The translations under genes and the position numbers were made by a program. From NCBI GenBank assembly GCA_944323485.1, contig CALUSR010000001.1, forward strand, positions 482,123 through 546,122: a stretch of 64,000 nt of DNA, read 5' to 3'. This DNA comes from Candidatus Gastranaerophilales bacterium (GTDB lineage: Bacteria; Cyanobacteriota; Vampirovibrionia; Gastranaerophilales; CAJFVJ01). How positions within the stretch are numbered: the stretch's first letter is position 1; each line of letters begins with the position of its first letter. Below the pieces are notes generated by a model. It was given only the letters and a program-made list of their open reading frames with translations. It was not told the origin of the DNA and ran no database searches. Positions 49,095-58,318 of this stretch are shown here, in pieces.

Positions 49095-50036
49095 AAATTC
49101 GGCTTTTCCGATGATATCTCCGTTTAATAATTTTATATCACCGGAAACAGGTATGTTTTCTTGTTTTATCCATCCGAGCCGGCGCATTGTTTCGAACATG
49201 ACGAGAGCACGTGCGTGTTTATCGGAGTCATCGATTTCAACAACTATTGATTGTTTGTTTTGAGGGTTATAGGCAAAACACAATCCTTCTGCTCCGACTT
49301 TGGCAATAATTTCTCCTTTTGTCGATGATATTATATCTGTATCTAACCAGCCTGTACCACCGATTAAGAAAGGGTTTTCTCTGAATGCTTTGAGGAAAAT
49401 TTCATGCTCTTCAAATACTTTTGAGAGACCTATAGCTATATTTTGAAGAGGGAGTGCGATGATAGGTGCAAGACAACCATCTCTTGATTCGATGATTTCT
49501 CCTGTGTATTCGGAATATTTGAGTATATTGTTTTTAATGTCTTTTTGAATAGGGTGTTCAAAATCGAGATAAGTATCAGTGTCCCACCCGTTATGTTTGC
49601 ATACACTTAGCATTCCGCTGTGCTTGCCTGAGCAGTTGTTGTGTATTGCCAGCGGGGTAATATTTTGTTTTTTGAATTTTTCGTAGGCTTCTTCATCAAG
49701 AGGGTGGTATGGAGGACATTGCAGATAGTGTTCGCTTATTCCCGCTTTTTTCAATAAGTTTCTGACATGTAGTATATGAAAGTCAGAACCGCCATGAGAA
49801 GCACAGCATATTGCCAGGTCTTTTTCATCGAAGCCGAATGCTTCATAAGTTCCTGATAATATAATACTGAGCGCTTGAAGGGGTTTTGCGCAGGATCTCA
49901 GGTAAAAAAGTTTTTCGAGATAAGTTTTGTCGTTGCAGTATAAGGTTTTGTTCTTCTCACAAACCAAAACAGCTCCTCTGTGTTCTCTTTCGCACAGAGA
50001 ATTTCTTTTGAATTGTATAAGTAAGTTATTTTCCAT
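49080..50036 (-). CDS. L-asparaginase II family protein
   Basis: RSCAKP.QA, ASH.G, HNCSGKH-like (NNCSGKHSGML) and KVGAEG motifs. Confidence 0.85.
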   Translation of the reverse strand: MENNLLIQFKRNSLCEREHRGAVLVCEKNKTLYCNDKTYLEKLFYLRSCAKPLQALSIILSGTYEAFGFDEKDLAICCASHGGSDFHILHVRNLLKKAGISEHYLQCPPYHPLDEEAYEKFKKQNITPLAIHNNCSGKHSGMLSVCKHNGWDTDTYLDFEHPIQKDIKNNILKYSEYTGEIIESRDGCLAPIIALPLQNIAIGLSKVFEEHEIFLKAFRENPFLIGGTGWLDTDIISSTKGEIIAKVGAEGLCFAYNPQNKQSIVVEIDDSDKHARALVMFETMRRLGWIKQENIPVSGDIKLLNGDIIGKAEFLFSI

Positions 50037-50722
50037 TATCTTTTATATTTTTTCAGCTGTTCTTTGAGAGCTGCGTTTTGTGCTTTCAGAGCAGCGAGCA
50101 TTTTTGCATCTGCTTCTCCAGAAACTCTGAAGACTCTTGCCGAATCTTCTTTTACCATCAGGATTTCATCACGTTCTTTGGCACTCAGGAAGTTCATATC
50201 AACGAGAATATCAGCAATACCTTTTTCCTGCCCCATTTTTTTGAGTTTAGTCTGATGGTTTAAAGCTTCAGCAATAGCGTCGATACCTATTTTATCAATT
50301 CTTTTGCAGTATTCGCCGAGTCTTAAGTTTCCGCATAGGAAGCTTGCCAAATTGTACATAAGGTCAGACCCCGGTCTTTCAAGAAATTCGATATTGATTA
50401 GTTCCACCAGAAATTTTGCTACGTCAGTAAGAGACCAGTTGTTGTTTATGGCTATTGTAGCCATATCTGTTTCACCATCACAGCATTCCAAAAAGATATA
50501 TTGATTTTCCTGAAGTTTGTAGTACTGGTCTTTTAGTTCTTTATCCCCTCTGAAGGTTCTTTCGGGAATATAGAACTGTAGAAGATCTTCTTTATTAATA
50601 AGTTGGATGTTTTGCTGGATATTTTCTTCAATATCTTTTTGAAGAGAGTAGTAAAGAACCTGTTTTACCCATATAGGCATATTTTTAATCATTGTGTAGA
50701 ATTTTGTGTAAGCTGTTGCCAT
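50036..50722 (-). CDS. Hypothetical protein with a degenerate MshEN-like region
   Basis: RLGEY......I....I.EAL..Q.......I..IL.....LS; start/stop overlap with the asparaginase gene. Confidence 0.7.
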   Translation of the reverse strand: MATAYTKFYTMIKNMPIWVKQVLYYSLQKDIEENIQQNIQLINKEDLLQFYIPERTFRGDKELKDQYYKLQENQYIFLECCDGETDMATIAINNNWSLTDVAKFLVELINIEFLERPGSDLMYNLASFLCGNLRLGEYCKRIDKIGIDAIAEALNHQTKLKKMGQEKGIADILVDMNFLSAKERDEILMVKEDSARVFRVSGEADAKMLAALKAQNAALKEQLKKYKR

Positions 50723-50808
50723 TTTTTCCTCTCGATTATTTTTTATATATATTTATCTCAATCTGTATGTATTATAATAGTTTATAAATAATATTATTAC
50801 AACTTTTA

Positions 50809-51888
50809 GTGAGTTTTATAATGCATATAGAGCATATGAAAAGATGTATAAATTTGGCTCGTCTTGCAGAAGGGCGTACGGCTCCTAATCCTATGGTGGG
50901 TGCTGTTGTTGTTAAAGACGGAAAAGTTATAGCTGAGGGTTATCACAGACAGCCCGGTGGACCTCATGCCGAAGTTGATGCCCTCTCAAAACTCGGTAAC
51001 AAAGCTGAAGGAGCTACACTTTATGTAAATCTTGAACCTTGCTCTCATTTCGGGAAAACTCCTCCATGTGCAGATCTTGTAATTAGAAGCGGGATAAAAA
51101 AACTTATTGTCGGGATGACTGACCCTAATCCCATTGTATCGGGAAGGGGAATTGAGAAGTGCAGACAGGCAGGAATAGAGGTTGTTGAAGGAATTTTGAA
51201 AGAAGAGTGTCTTGAGTTAAATGAAGTTTTTGTAAAGAATATTACTCAAAAAAAAGCTTTTGTCGCTTTGAAAACAGCAACAACCCTTGATGGAAAAGTT
51301 GCTACAAGAACAGGGTCATCGAAATGGATTACGAATGAGAAATCGAGAGCTTATGTCCAAAAGCTGAGAAATAGATATGGCGGTATTTTGACAAGTGCCT
51401 CAACCGTGCTTGCAGATAACCCGGCTTTAACCTGCAGAATGGACGGAGGCAGAAATCCCGTGAGGATTATTCTTGATAAAGACGGGACTGTTCCTCTTGA
51501 TTATAAAGTGTTTGAAGATAACTCAACGAGAGTTGTTGTATGTCAGAAGAGCGGGATAAAAAAAACTTATCCTGATTATGTTGATGTTCTTGAGTGTCCG
51601 TTGAAAGATAATCATCTTGATTTGAAGTATGTTATTTCCCAGTTGTATGAAATGCAAATTTTCAGTGTGATGGTTGAAGCGGGAGGAACTCTTAACGGAG
51701 CGTTTTTGAAAGAAGGTCTTGTTGATAAGTTTTATCAATTTATTGCACCGAAGATTATAGGTGATGACAGAGCGAAGAGTTTTGTATCAGGTTTGAATAT
51801 AGAAGATGTATCAAATTGTATAGAATTGGTCCCGAAACACCTTCATTTTTTTGATAAAGATGTTATAATAGAAGCTTGTGTAGAGTAG
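50809..51888 (+). CDS. ribD: Bifunctional riboflavin biosynthesis deaminase/reductase
   Basis: PNPMVGAV, HAE, LEPCSHFGKTPPC, TLDGK.A, VEAGG. Confidence 0.95.
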   Translation: MSFIMHIEHMKRCINLARLAEGRTAPNPMVGAVVVKDGKVIAEGYHRQPGGPHAEVDALSKLGNKAEGATLYVNLEPCSHFGKTPPCADLVIRSGIKKLIVGMTDPNPIVSGRGIEKCRQAGIEVVEGILKEECLELNEVFVKNITQKKAFVALKTATTLDGKVATRTGSSKWITNEKSRAYVQKLRNRYGGILTSASTVLADNPALTCRMDGGRNPVRIILDKDGTVPLDYKVFEDNSTRVVVCQKSGIKKTYPDYVDVLECPLKDNHLDLKYVISQLYEMQIFSVMVEAGGTLNGAFLKEGLVDKFYQFIAPKIIGDDRAKSFVSGLNIEDVSNCIELVPKHLHFFDKDVIIEACVE

Positions 51889-51934
51889 TTTTTTGTTTTT
51901 GGTTATTTGGTTTTAGTTTAAAAAGAATGGAAAA

Positions 51935-52252
51935 ATGAACGTTCAAAAAGTGTCCATGACAGACAGTTCATCTGTTTATGCAGATGAGCATAAAAACAAA
52001 AAGCCTTCTTCTTTGAAGAAAACGTTGTACTCTGATTATTATGAGTACAAAAAGAAAGAAGAGCCTATCTCAGTGAACCATATTGTTACTGGAATTGTTG
52101 TCGGCGGTATAATAGGCGCTCTTTTTTCGGGTAACACAAAATCGGCGTTGAATATTGTATTGAGTTCTTTGCGGGGAGCCGGAATTGCTCTTTTGGGAAT
52201 AGTTTCGTTCGCTTGTGTAAGGAATTTTCTGTATTCAGGTCAGCATAAGTAG
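51935..52252 (+). CDS. Small membrane hypothetical protein
   Basis: Two C-terminal Gly-rich hydrophobic helices. Confidence 0.6.
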   Translation: MNVQKVSMTDSSSVYADEHKNKKPSSLKKTLYSDYYEYKKKEEPISVNHIVTGIVVGGIIGALFSGNTKSALNIVLSSLRGAGIALLGIVSFACVRNFLYSGQHK

Positions 52253-52274
52253 TTTTATTTCTTGTTATTAAGTG

Positions 52275-52314
52275 ATAAACTTACTTATGGATTCAGATTT
52301 ATAAGTAAGTTTAT
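52275..52314. promoter_or_regulatory. Perfect 14-bp inverted repeat abutting the zupT start codon
   Basis: ATAAACTTACTTAT-12 nt-ATAAGTAAGTTTAT then ATG. Confidence 0.6.
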
Positions 52315-53127
52315 ATGAGTAAATATGCACTTCCTTTTTTAATAACCTTCCTTGCAGGCATGACGACTGTTATAGGAGGTTTGTGTTCGTTTTTCATAAA
52401 AAGAGATAACTCAAAAGTTCTCTCTCTCGGGCTTGGGTTTTCTGCAGGGGCTTTGATATATGTATCTTTTATGGAATTACTGCGTGATTCTGAAAGAGTT
52501 TTGCATAGTGCATTTCAAGAGCATATTGGCGGGCTTATTTTGATGGTATGTTTTTTTTCGGGAATGATAATCACTGCCCTGATAGATTATCTTATGCCAT
52601 CATATTGCGGAATTGAAACGTTTGAAAAAAATAAAGACGGTCACAACCATACTCATGAGGGTATAAATAAACTTTATAAAGCCGGAATTTTTCTTCTGAT
52701 AGCAATTTCTGTACACAAACTTCCTGAGGGATTTGCCATATTTCTCGGGGCTCAAACACATATCGAAACTGCTGTTGCTCTCGCTTTTGCCGTGTCTATT
52801 CATAATATACCTGAAGGTGTGTCTATTGCTCTGCCTGTGTACTATGCCACTGGCAGCAAGTTGAAAGCTGTTGGCGCAACGTTTCTTTCAGGACTTGTAG
52901 AGCCGATTGGCGCTTTACTCGGACTTTTGCTTTTAGGACAATTCTTCAATGATATTACGTATGCCATTATGTTTGCGTTTACTGCAGGAATTATGATTTA
53001 TGTATCGTTTGATTCTCTGCTGCCTATGTCAAGAGAATATGGCGACGGGCATTTTTCAATTTTCGGCGTCGGCATAGGGATGTTTTTGATGATGGCTCTT
53101 GAGAGTTTGCATGTATTATTTGAATGA
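52315..53127 (+). CDS. zupT: ZIP family zinc/divalent metal transporter
   Basis: GFSAG.LIYVSF.EL, AI..HK.PEG, A..IHNIPEG..I..P, SGL.EP.GA, AGIM.Y.S.D.LLP. Confidence 0.93.
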   Translation: MSKYALPFLITFLAGMTTVIGGLCSFFIKRDNSKVLSLGLGFSAGALIYVSFMELLRDSERVLHSAFQEHIGGLILMVCFFSGMIITALIDYLMPSYCGIETFEKNKDGHNHTHEGINKLYKAGIFLLIAISVHKLPEGFAIFLGAQTHIETAVALAFAVSIHNIPEGVSIALPVYYATGSKLKAVGATFLSGLVEPIGALLGLLLLGQFFNDITYAIMFAFTAGIMIYVSFDSLLPMSREYGDGHFSIFGVGIGMFLMMALESLHVLFE

Positions 53128-53205
53128 AAAAGTCCTCAAAAAATAGAATTTTGATTTGCTTGTCATTAAAATAAAATATGTCATAATTCTATTAATGTAG
53201 TAAAC

Positions 53206-53883
53206 GTGAGAAATATTATGCACAAAATAGCTCTGGTACTGGCTTTTAGCCTTTTATTGACTCTGCCTCCGGCATGGGGGGCTCCAAAAGATGCGGATAC
53301 CAATATTAAACCCGCTGTTTTAACAACAAGAGAACAAAGAAAGCTGAATTCGAAACTGTCAGAAGTGACAAAAGATGAAGAAATCAAAGAAGCTATCAAA
53401 ATAATGGACAATTGTATCTCTTCACGATATTCATATAACGCAATTCTTGGTAATAATCTGACAAAAAAGCCTGTCAAAATTACTTTTAAGAATCTTGCGG
53501 AGATAAACCCTAATTATGCGGATTATGATGCTTTGGGCATGAAAAATAAGGGAAGATTATATATCTTCATAAACCAGAAACATAAAGGTGCTCCGCCTGA
53601 AGCGCTTGCAAGTCTTTTGAGCCATGAGGCAATGCATCAGGATGAGTTCAACTCTGTAAATGAAGAAACTTATGCATGGAGTCTTGAGGCTGCAGTGTGG
53701 ACGGAATTTTTGAAAACTAATCCGGATTTGCGAAAAAAAACGGAATATTCTCTTGTAAACAGACTGAACACCCTCAACTCACTGTTTGTAAATGCGAACT
53801 ATACTGATAAATATATAAGAAAAGTAATTAAGAACCATCAGGGGTACAAAGATTTGCCTTTGAGATCAGTCGGCTTTGACTAA
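53206..53883 (+). CDS. Exported hypothetical protein with an HEXXH motif (putative zinc metallopeptidase)
   Basis: Signal peptide; LASLLSHEAMHQ followed by NS..EE..AW..EA. Confidence 0.7.
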   Translation: MRNIMHKIALVLAFSLLLTLPPAWGAPKDADTNIKPAVLTTREQRKLNSKLSEVTKDEEIKEAIKIMDNCISSRYSYNAILGNNLTKKPVKITFKNLAEINPNYADYDALGMKNKGRLYIFINQKHKGAPPEALASLLSHEAMHQDEFNSVNEETYAWSLEAAVWTEFLKTNPDLRKKTEYSLVNRLNTLNSLFVNANYTDKYIRKVIKNHQGYKDLPLRSVGFD

Positions 53884-54036
53884 ATCTTTTTCTTTTTCGA
53901 AAAATTCTATGGCAGAATCAATACTCTTGATTGTATATGCAATTTCATAAGGGCAGAATTCATGAGTTTCTAACATTTCTTTTTCGATATCGAGGATAAT
54001 TTGCTTTGCTTCGTTGAGTTTTTCTGTCGGATTCAT
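53866..54036 (-). CDS. Small acidic hypothetical protein, 56 aa (not in the ORF track)
   Basis: AAGGAG RBS; MNPTEKLNEAKQIILDIEKEMLETHEFCPYEIAYTIKSIDSAIEFFEKEKDLVKAD; convergent 18-nt overlap with 53206-53883. Confidence 0.55.
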   Translation of the reverse strand: MNPTEKLNEAKQIILDIEKEMLETHEFCPYEIAYTIKSIDSAIEFFEKEKDLVKAD

Positions 54037-54104
54037 ATAAACTACTCCTTTTATTATTGCTCCTATTTTATCATGTTTTTTTATTTTGGGCTTTTGAGAC
54101 GCGG

Positions 54105-54275
54105 CCTGTCATATTGAGCGCAGCGAAATATCTTTGATAAAATGGATTCTTTTGGCTATTGTCCTCAGAATGACGGACTGAGCTCACTCTTAGCGTGAGT
54201 GAAGAGTATGTCTGAATATCCCTAAAGAAGCATGCCAGCCGCCGCCTTTGTGATAAACGAGTGCAGAATGATGAT
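54105..54275. repeat. Composite REP-like block (left)
   Basis: CTGTCATATTGAGCGCAGCGAAATATCT ... CTCAGAATGACG, plus CTCACTCTTAGCGTGAG and ATAAACGAGTGCAGAATGA. Confidence 0.65.
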
Positions 54276-54278
54276 TTA

Positions 54279-54566
54279 TTATCTTGAAGAAAAATCGGTA
54301 AAATTTCGGTTTAGAATCTTAAAAGACTGTTTATGTCTGTTTCTAGGATGTTTGCAAGTTCTATTATCTTCTATTCTTTCTAATATTTTGCCTAAATTTT
54401 CATTTATTTTAAACGCTCTTTTGGCAATTTTGTAAGATATTTCACCATATAAACAGGCTGATTTTAATTCACTTTCGTCTCTTATTTTATCAGTCAGGAA
54501 CACAAGATGTTCTATCTCTGATGTAATTTCTTGTTTTAGCATTTGAAGATGGGCTATTCTTTTCAT
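54279..54566 (-). CDS. Small helical hypothetical protein (95 aa), paralog of 26935-27132
   Basis: GGAG RBS; 18/60 ungapped identity to the 26.9 kb ORF. Confidence 0.65.
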   Translation of the reverse strand: MKRIAHLQMLKQEITSEIEHLVFLTDKIRDESELKSACLYGEISYKIAKRAFKINENLGKILERIEDNRTCKHPRNRHKQSFKILNRNFTDFSSR

Positions 54567-54776
54567 TTTTTCTCCATAATTTTTTCTATTTATAATTATC
54601 TGATTTTATATTTTTTCCCATAATTTTTCTATGGAGATATATGTATACATTTTGGATATTTATAATTATCCGTAAATTTTGATATCCGCCTTTTTTCGCA
54701 GTTTTTAGAGTTTTGGATTATATCCGAAATTTTATAATTTACCCATAAAATTGTCTGAGGCGGTTTTTTTTATGAA

Positions 54777-54915
54777 CCTGTCATATTGAGCACAGAGAAA
54801 TATCTTTTTGAAGAAAGAGATTCTTGCTTCAGATGTAGGGCTCACGCCTACATCTGGGGACACCAGCAGGGTGCCTCCCCCAGCAAACTCAGCTATAAAC
54901 AAGTGCAGAAAGACG
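54777..54915. repeat. Composite REP-like block (right)
   Basis: 31-nt direct repeat of 54105-54135 (2 mismatches), hairpin CAGATGTAGG-GCTCACG-CCTACATCTG, and a 17/19 match to 54253-54271. Confidence 0.65.
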
Positions 54916-54987
54916 ATAAGAAAAATGCCCGAAACTCCCCCTAAAGGTAAACTCGGGCATAAAATTGTATAAAGGCTTATTCTGATT

Positions 54988-55725
54988 TTAGTTTGCAGCT
55001 GCTACATAAGGCATGTTGCTGTCAGGCTGCACAATTACAAAACCGTTCCCTTCAAATTTCAGCTGGATAGAGTCACCGCTGCCTCTTCCTATGAGGGTCT
55101 TGAAAGAAATATCAGTTGCTATGCTTGTTTTGAGATTTCCTGACCATGCGATTGTTGCACTCGGGTCAGTGAAAACGGGGGTATTTGGTGTTACCTTCAG
55201 TGTCAGCGGGTCGTAAGCCGTTGTGATGGCAAGCATACCGGTGCCGTTAATTTGGATGTTTGTAAGACCTCCTGCCATCATGGAGGAGAGTTTCATCAGT
55301 TTGATATCCCATTTGAGCGAAGGTTCAAAAGCAAGCACGCTGTTGCCGTTGACGATTATGTTGTCGTTTTTCATGTTCAGTATGCTGATTTTCTTTCCGC
55401 CGTCAGCTATATAAACTTTTCCTGTTCCTTTTGCTTTGACAAGACTTCCGCCTTCACCTGATACAAATCTTTTGAACACTGTTTTTATGCCATGTTCGAA
55501 CATATTTTCGAGTTCAAATTTGACTTTTCCTGTATACGCAATCATTGCGCCTTTTTTCATCCAGGCAAGATTATCATTGAGGTTTATTTCAATGATTCTC
55601 TCCGTTTCCTGTTCAAAGAAACCTTCGTTTTTGTCTTTTTGTGATGTATTTTCAACAAAATCTTTGAGTGAATATCTTGAGATTGGTTCTGTCATAAAAT
55701 TTACTCCTACCTGTATAATTAACAA
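54988..55725 (-). CDS. AIM24 family protein
   Basis: KKGAMIAY.G...F, SGEG..L.KA.G.G.VY.AD, GG..N..I.G.G..AI, GESIQL-like C-terminus with F.G.GFVIVQP. Confidence 0.88.
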   Translation of the reverse strand: MLIIQVGVNFMTEPISRYSLKDFVENTSQKDKNEGFFEQETERIIEINLNDNLAWMKKGAMIAYTGKVKFELENMFEHGIKTVFKRFVSGEGGSLVKAKGTGKVYIADGGKKISILNMKNDNIIVNGNSVLAFEPSLKWDIKLMKLSSMMAGGLTNIQINGTGMLAITTAYDPLTLKVTPNTPVFTDPSATIAWSGNLKTSIATDISFKTLIGRGSGDSIQLKFEGNGFVIVQPDSNMPYVAAAN

Positions 55726-55843
55726 ACAAAGTATAACATTTTTTGCTTTTGTTATCTAGTATTAAGCCATAGCGCGAAAAAATTTCGTAAAAAACTACAA
55801 TAGAGCTATAATAAAACTTGATAGAATTCAAAAGTAATGAAAA

Positions 55844-57115
55844 ATGTTTATAGATAAGGCACAAATAAAAGTAATATCAGGCTCTGGAGGCAATGGAGCA
55901 GTTGCCTGGCGTCGTGAAAAATATGTGGACAAAGGAGGTCCGGCAGGCGGTGACGGCGGTCGTGGCGGTGATGTTTATTTGGTTGCATCAGAGAGTTTGA
56001 GCACCTTGTTGGATTTCAAATATAAATCAAAATTTGCCGCTCAAAATGGGGAAAACGGACAGAAAAAAAACTGCCATGGCAAATGCGGAAAAGATTTATT
56101 CATACATGTTCCCCTTGGAACGGTTGTAAGAGATATGAAAACAGGGAAAGTCATCGGAGATATCAAACATCATGATGAAAAACTCCTTCTTGCAAAAGGC
56201 GGGCGTGGTGGAAGAGGAAATGCCCGTTTTGCAACCTCAACGAGAAGAACTCCCCAGTTCTGCGAACCGGGTGAATCAGGAATAGAAAGAGATATTGAAC
56301 TTGAGTTGAAACTGATTGCTGAAGTAGGTCTTTTGGGGATGCCGAATGCGGGGAAATCAACTTTTATCAGCAGTATATCCGCAGCAAAACCAAAAATAGC
56401 TGATTATCCTTTTACAACACTTGTCCCTAATCTCGGAGTTGTTCAGAAACCTGATGGTGACAGTTTTGTAGTTGCTGATATCCCGGGGCTGATTGAAGGT
56501 GCAAGCGATGGAGTCGGTTTGGGGTATGCTTTTTTGAGGCATGTTGAAAGAACAAAATTTCTTATGCACATAGTTGATATGACGACCGAAAATCCCGTAA
56601 GGAATTTTGATGTTATTAATGCAGAACTTGCAAAATACAACGACAGGTTAGCGCATACTTATCAACTTGTTGTGCTAAATAAATCTGATGCTGTTGATGA
56701 AGAACGTATTCAAGAGCTTAAAAAAGAGTTTGAAAAAAAAGCTTCTGATGTTTTTGTTATCTCGGCAGTCACCCACAAAGGGGTAGATGAGCTGATGAAT
56801 TTTGTTTTCAGAAAGGTCGAAGAAATACCGGCTCCAGAGATAGAAGTTGAAGTAGAAGAAGATGATGCAGCTTATAATAATGATGACAGCGAATTTCATA
56901 TTTATAAAGGAAAAGATTCTTATTATGTAACGGGTGGCAAGGTTGAAAGAATAGCATCCGTGACGGATATCACGAATATTGAACAGCTTCATCGTTTTTA
57001 TAATATACTAAAAGCTATGGGCATAATTGATGCTCTTGTTGAAAAAGGAATAAAGGATGAGGATATTATACAAATAGGAAAAGTTGAGTTTGTATATTAT
57101 TCCGATGATGTATAA
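55844..57115 (+). CDS. obgE: GTPase ObgE/CgtA with C-terminal OCT domain
   Basis: MFID.A.I...SG.GGNG...WRREKY...GGP.GGDGG.GG, G.PNAGKST, DYPFTTL.PNLG, DIPGLIEGA. Confidence 0.97.
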   Translation: MFIDKAQIKVISGSGGNGAVAWRREKYVDKGGPAGGDGGRGGDVYLVASESLSTLLDFKYKSKFAAQNGENGQKKNCHGKCGKDLFIHVPLGTVVRDMKTGKVIGDIKHHDEKLLLAKGGRGGRGNARFATSTRRTPQFCEPGESGIERDIELELKLIAEVGLLGMPNAGKSTFISSISAAKPKIADYPFTTLVPNLGVVQKPDGDSFVVADIPGLIEGASDGVGLGYAFLRHVERTKFLMHIVDMTTENPVRNFDVINAELAKYNDRLAHTYQLVVLNKSDAVDEERIQELKKEFEKKASDVFVISAVTHKGVDELMNFVFRKVEEIPAPEIEVEVEEDDAAYNNDDSEFHIYKGKDSYYVTGGKVERIASVTDITNIEQLHRFYNILKAMGIIDALVEKGIKDEDIIQIGKVEFVYYSDDV

Positions 57116-57135
57116 GAAGAAAAAAGGAGAAAAAA

Positions 57136-58308
57136 ATGCAAGACAAAGAATTTTTGATGATTCCCGGACCAACACCGGTACCTCAAAGTGTTTTATTAGA
57201 TATGGCAAAACACCCGATGGGGCACAGAAGTTCGGAGTTCTCGAGTTTGCTCTCCGAAGTTTATAATGATTTGAAGTGGGCTTTTCAGACAAAAAATGAA
57301 GTGTTTGTCTACACTGCAAGCGGAACGGGCGCAATGGAAGCGGCTATTTCGAATGTTGTAAATAAAGGTGATAAAGTACTCTCTCTTGTAATCGGTAACT
57401 TTGGCGAAAGATGGGCAAAGATTGCCGCTTCTGTCGGTGCTGAAGTTGAAAAAATTCAGGTCGATCCCGGTCAGGCTATCAACCCTGCCGTTCTTTCAAA
57501 AAGATTGAAAGAAGATGTGAATAAGGAAATCAAAGTTGTCACTATGACGCATAATGAAACATCAACGGGTGTGACAAATGACGTCCAGACTCTTTGTGCA
57601 ATGGTACAGGAACATGGTGCCCTTTCAATTGTTGACGGTATTACAAGTGTCGGTTGCATGCCTGTCAAGGCTGATGAATGGGGAATTGATATTTTGATTT
57701 CAGGCTCACAAAAAGGATTTATGATTCCTCCTGGATTGTCATTCCTCACATGCAGCGAGAAAGCTATGAAGGCTTATGAACAATGCGAACATCCTTCATT
57801 CTATTTTGATTTTAAAGCATACAAAAAAGCAGTGAACGATAATTCAACACCTTATACGCCTGCTGTTAATCTTTTTGTTGCTTTGCATACAGCTTTGCAG
57901 ATGATGAAAAAAGAAGGTCTTGAAAATATCTATGCAAGACATGCAAGAAATGCTAAAGCAGTCAGAGCTGCGATGAGAGCTATGAATATGCCTCTGTTTG
58001 TTGAAGATGATGAGATAGCAAGCAAGGCAATTACTGCAGTTCTCCCTCCTGAAGGAATTACAGTTCCTCAAATCAGAAGCACAATGAAAAAAGATTTTGA
58101 TATTGTTATTGCAAACGGTCAGGGCAAACTTGTTGATAAGATTTTCAGAATGGGACATATGGGTTTTGTTTCAGACAGAGATGTCTTATCCGCTATCAGC
58201 TCTCTTGAAGCTACTATGTACAAACTCGGACATAAGTTTGAAGTCGGTGCAGGTACTGCTGCTGCTATAAAAGTATTGAATGAAGCAAAACAAAAAGCTT
58301 TAGTTTAA
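57136..58308 (+). CDS. Class V aminotransferase (serine-pyruvate / alanine-glyoxylate type; possibly supplies SerC activity)
   Basis: LMIPGPTPVP, SGTGAMEA, HNETSTGV, VDGITS, SGSQKG..IPPG, FR.GHMG; adjacent to serA. Confidence 0.88.
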   Translation: MQDKEFLMIPGPTPVPQSVLLDMAKHPMGHRSSEFSSLLSEVYNDLKWAFQTKNEVFVYTASGTGAMEAAISNVVNKGDKVLSLVIGNFGERWAKIAASVGAEVEKIQVDPGQAINPAVLSKRLKEDVNKEIKVVTMTHNETSTGVTNDVQTLCAMVQEHGALSIVDGITSVGCMPVKADEWGIDILISGSQKGFMIPPGLSFLTCSEKAMKAYEQCEHPSFYFDFKAYKKAVNDNSTPYTPAVNLFVALHTALQMMKKEGLENIYARHARNAKAVRAAMRAMNMPLFVEDDEIASKAITAVLPPEGITVPQIRSTMKKDFDIVIANGQGKLVDKIFRMGHMGFVSDRDVLSAISSLEATMYKLGHKFEVGAGTAAAIKVLNEAKQKALV

Positions 58309-58318
58309 GGAGTTTAAG

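Noticed and set aside
54100-54920. CRISPR array or mini-array
   Set aside because: Only two degenerate repeat copies 670 bp apart, no regular repeat-spacer period, and no cas genes in the window.
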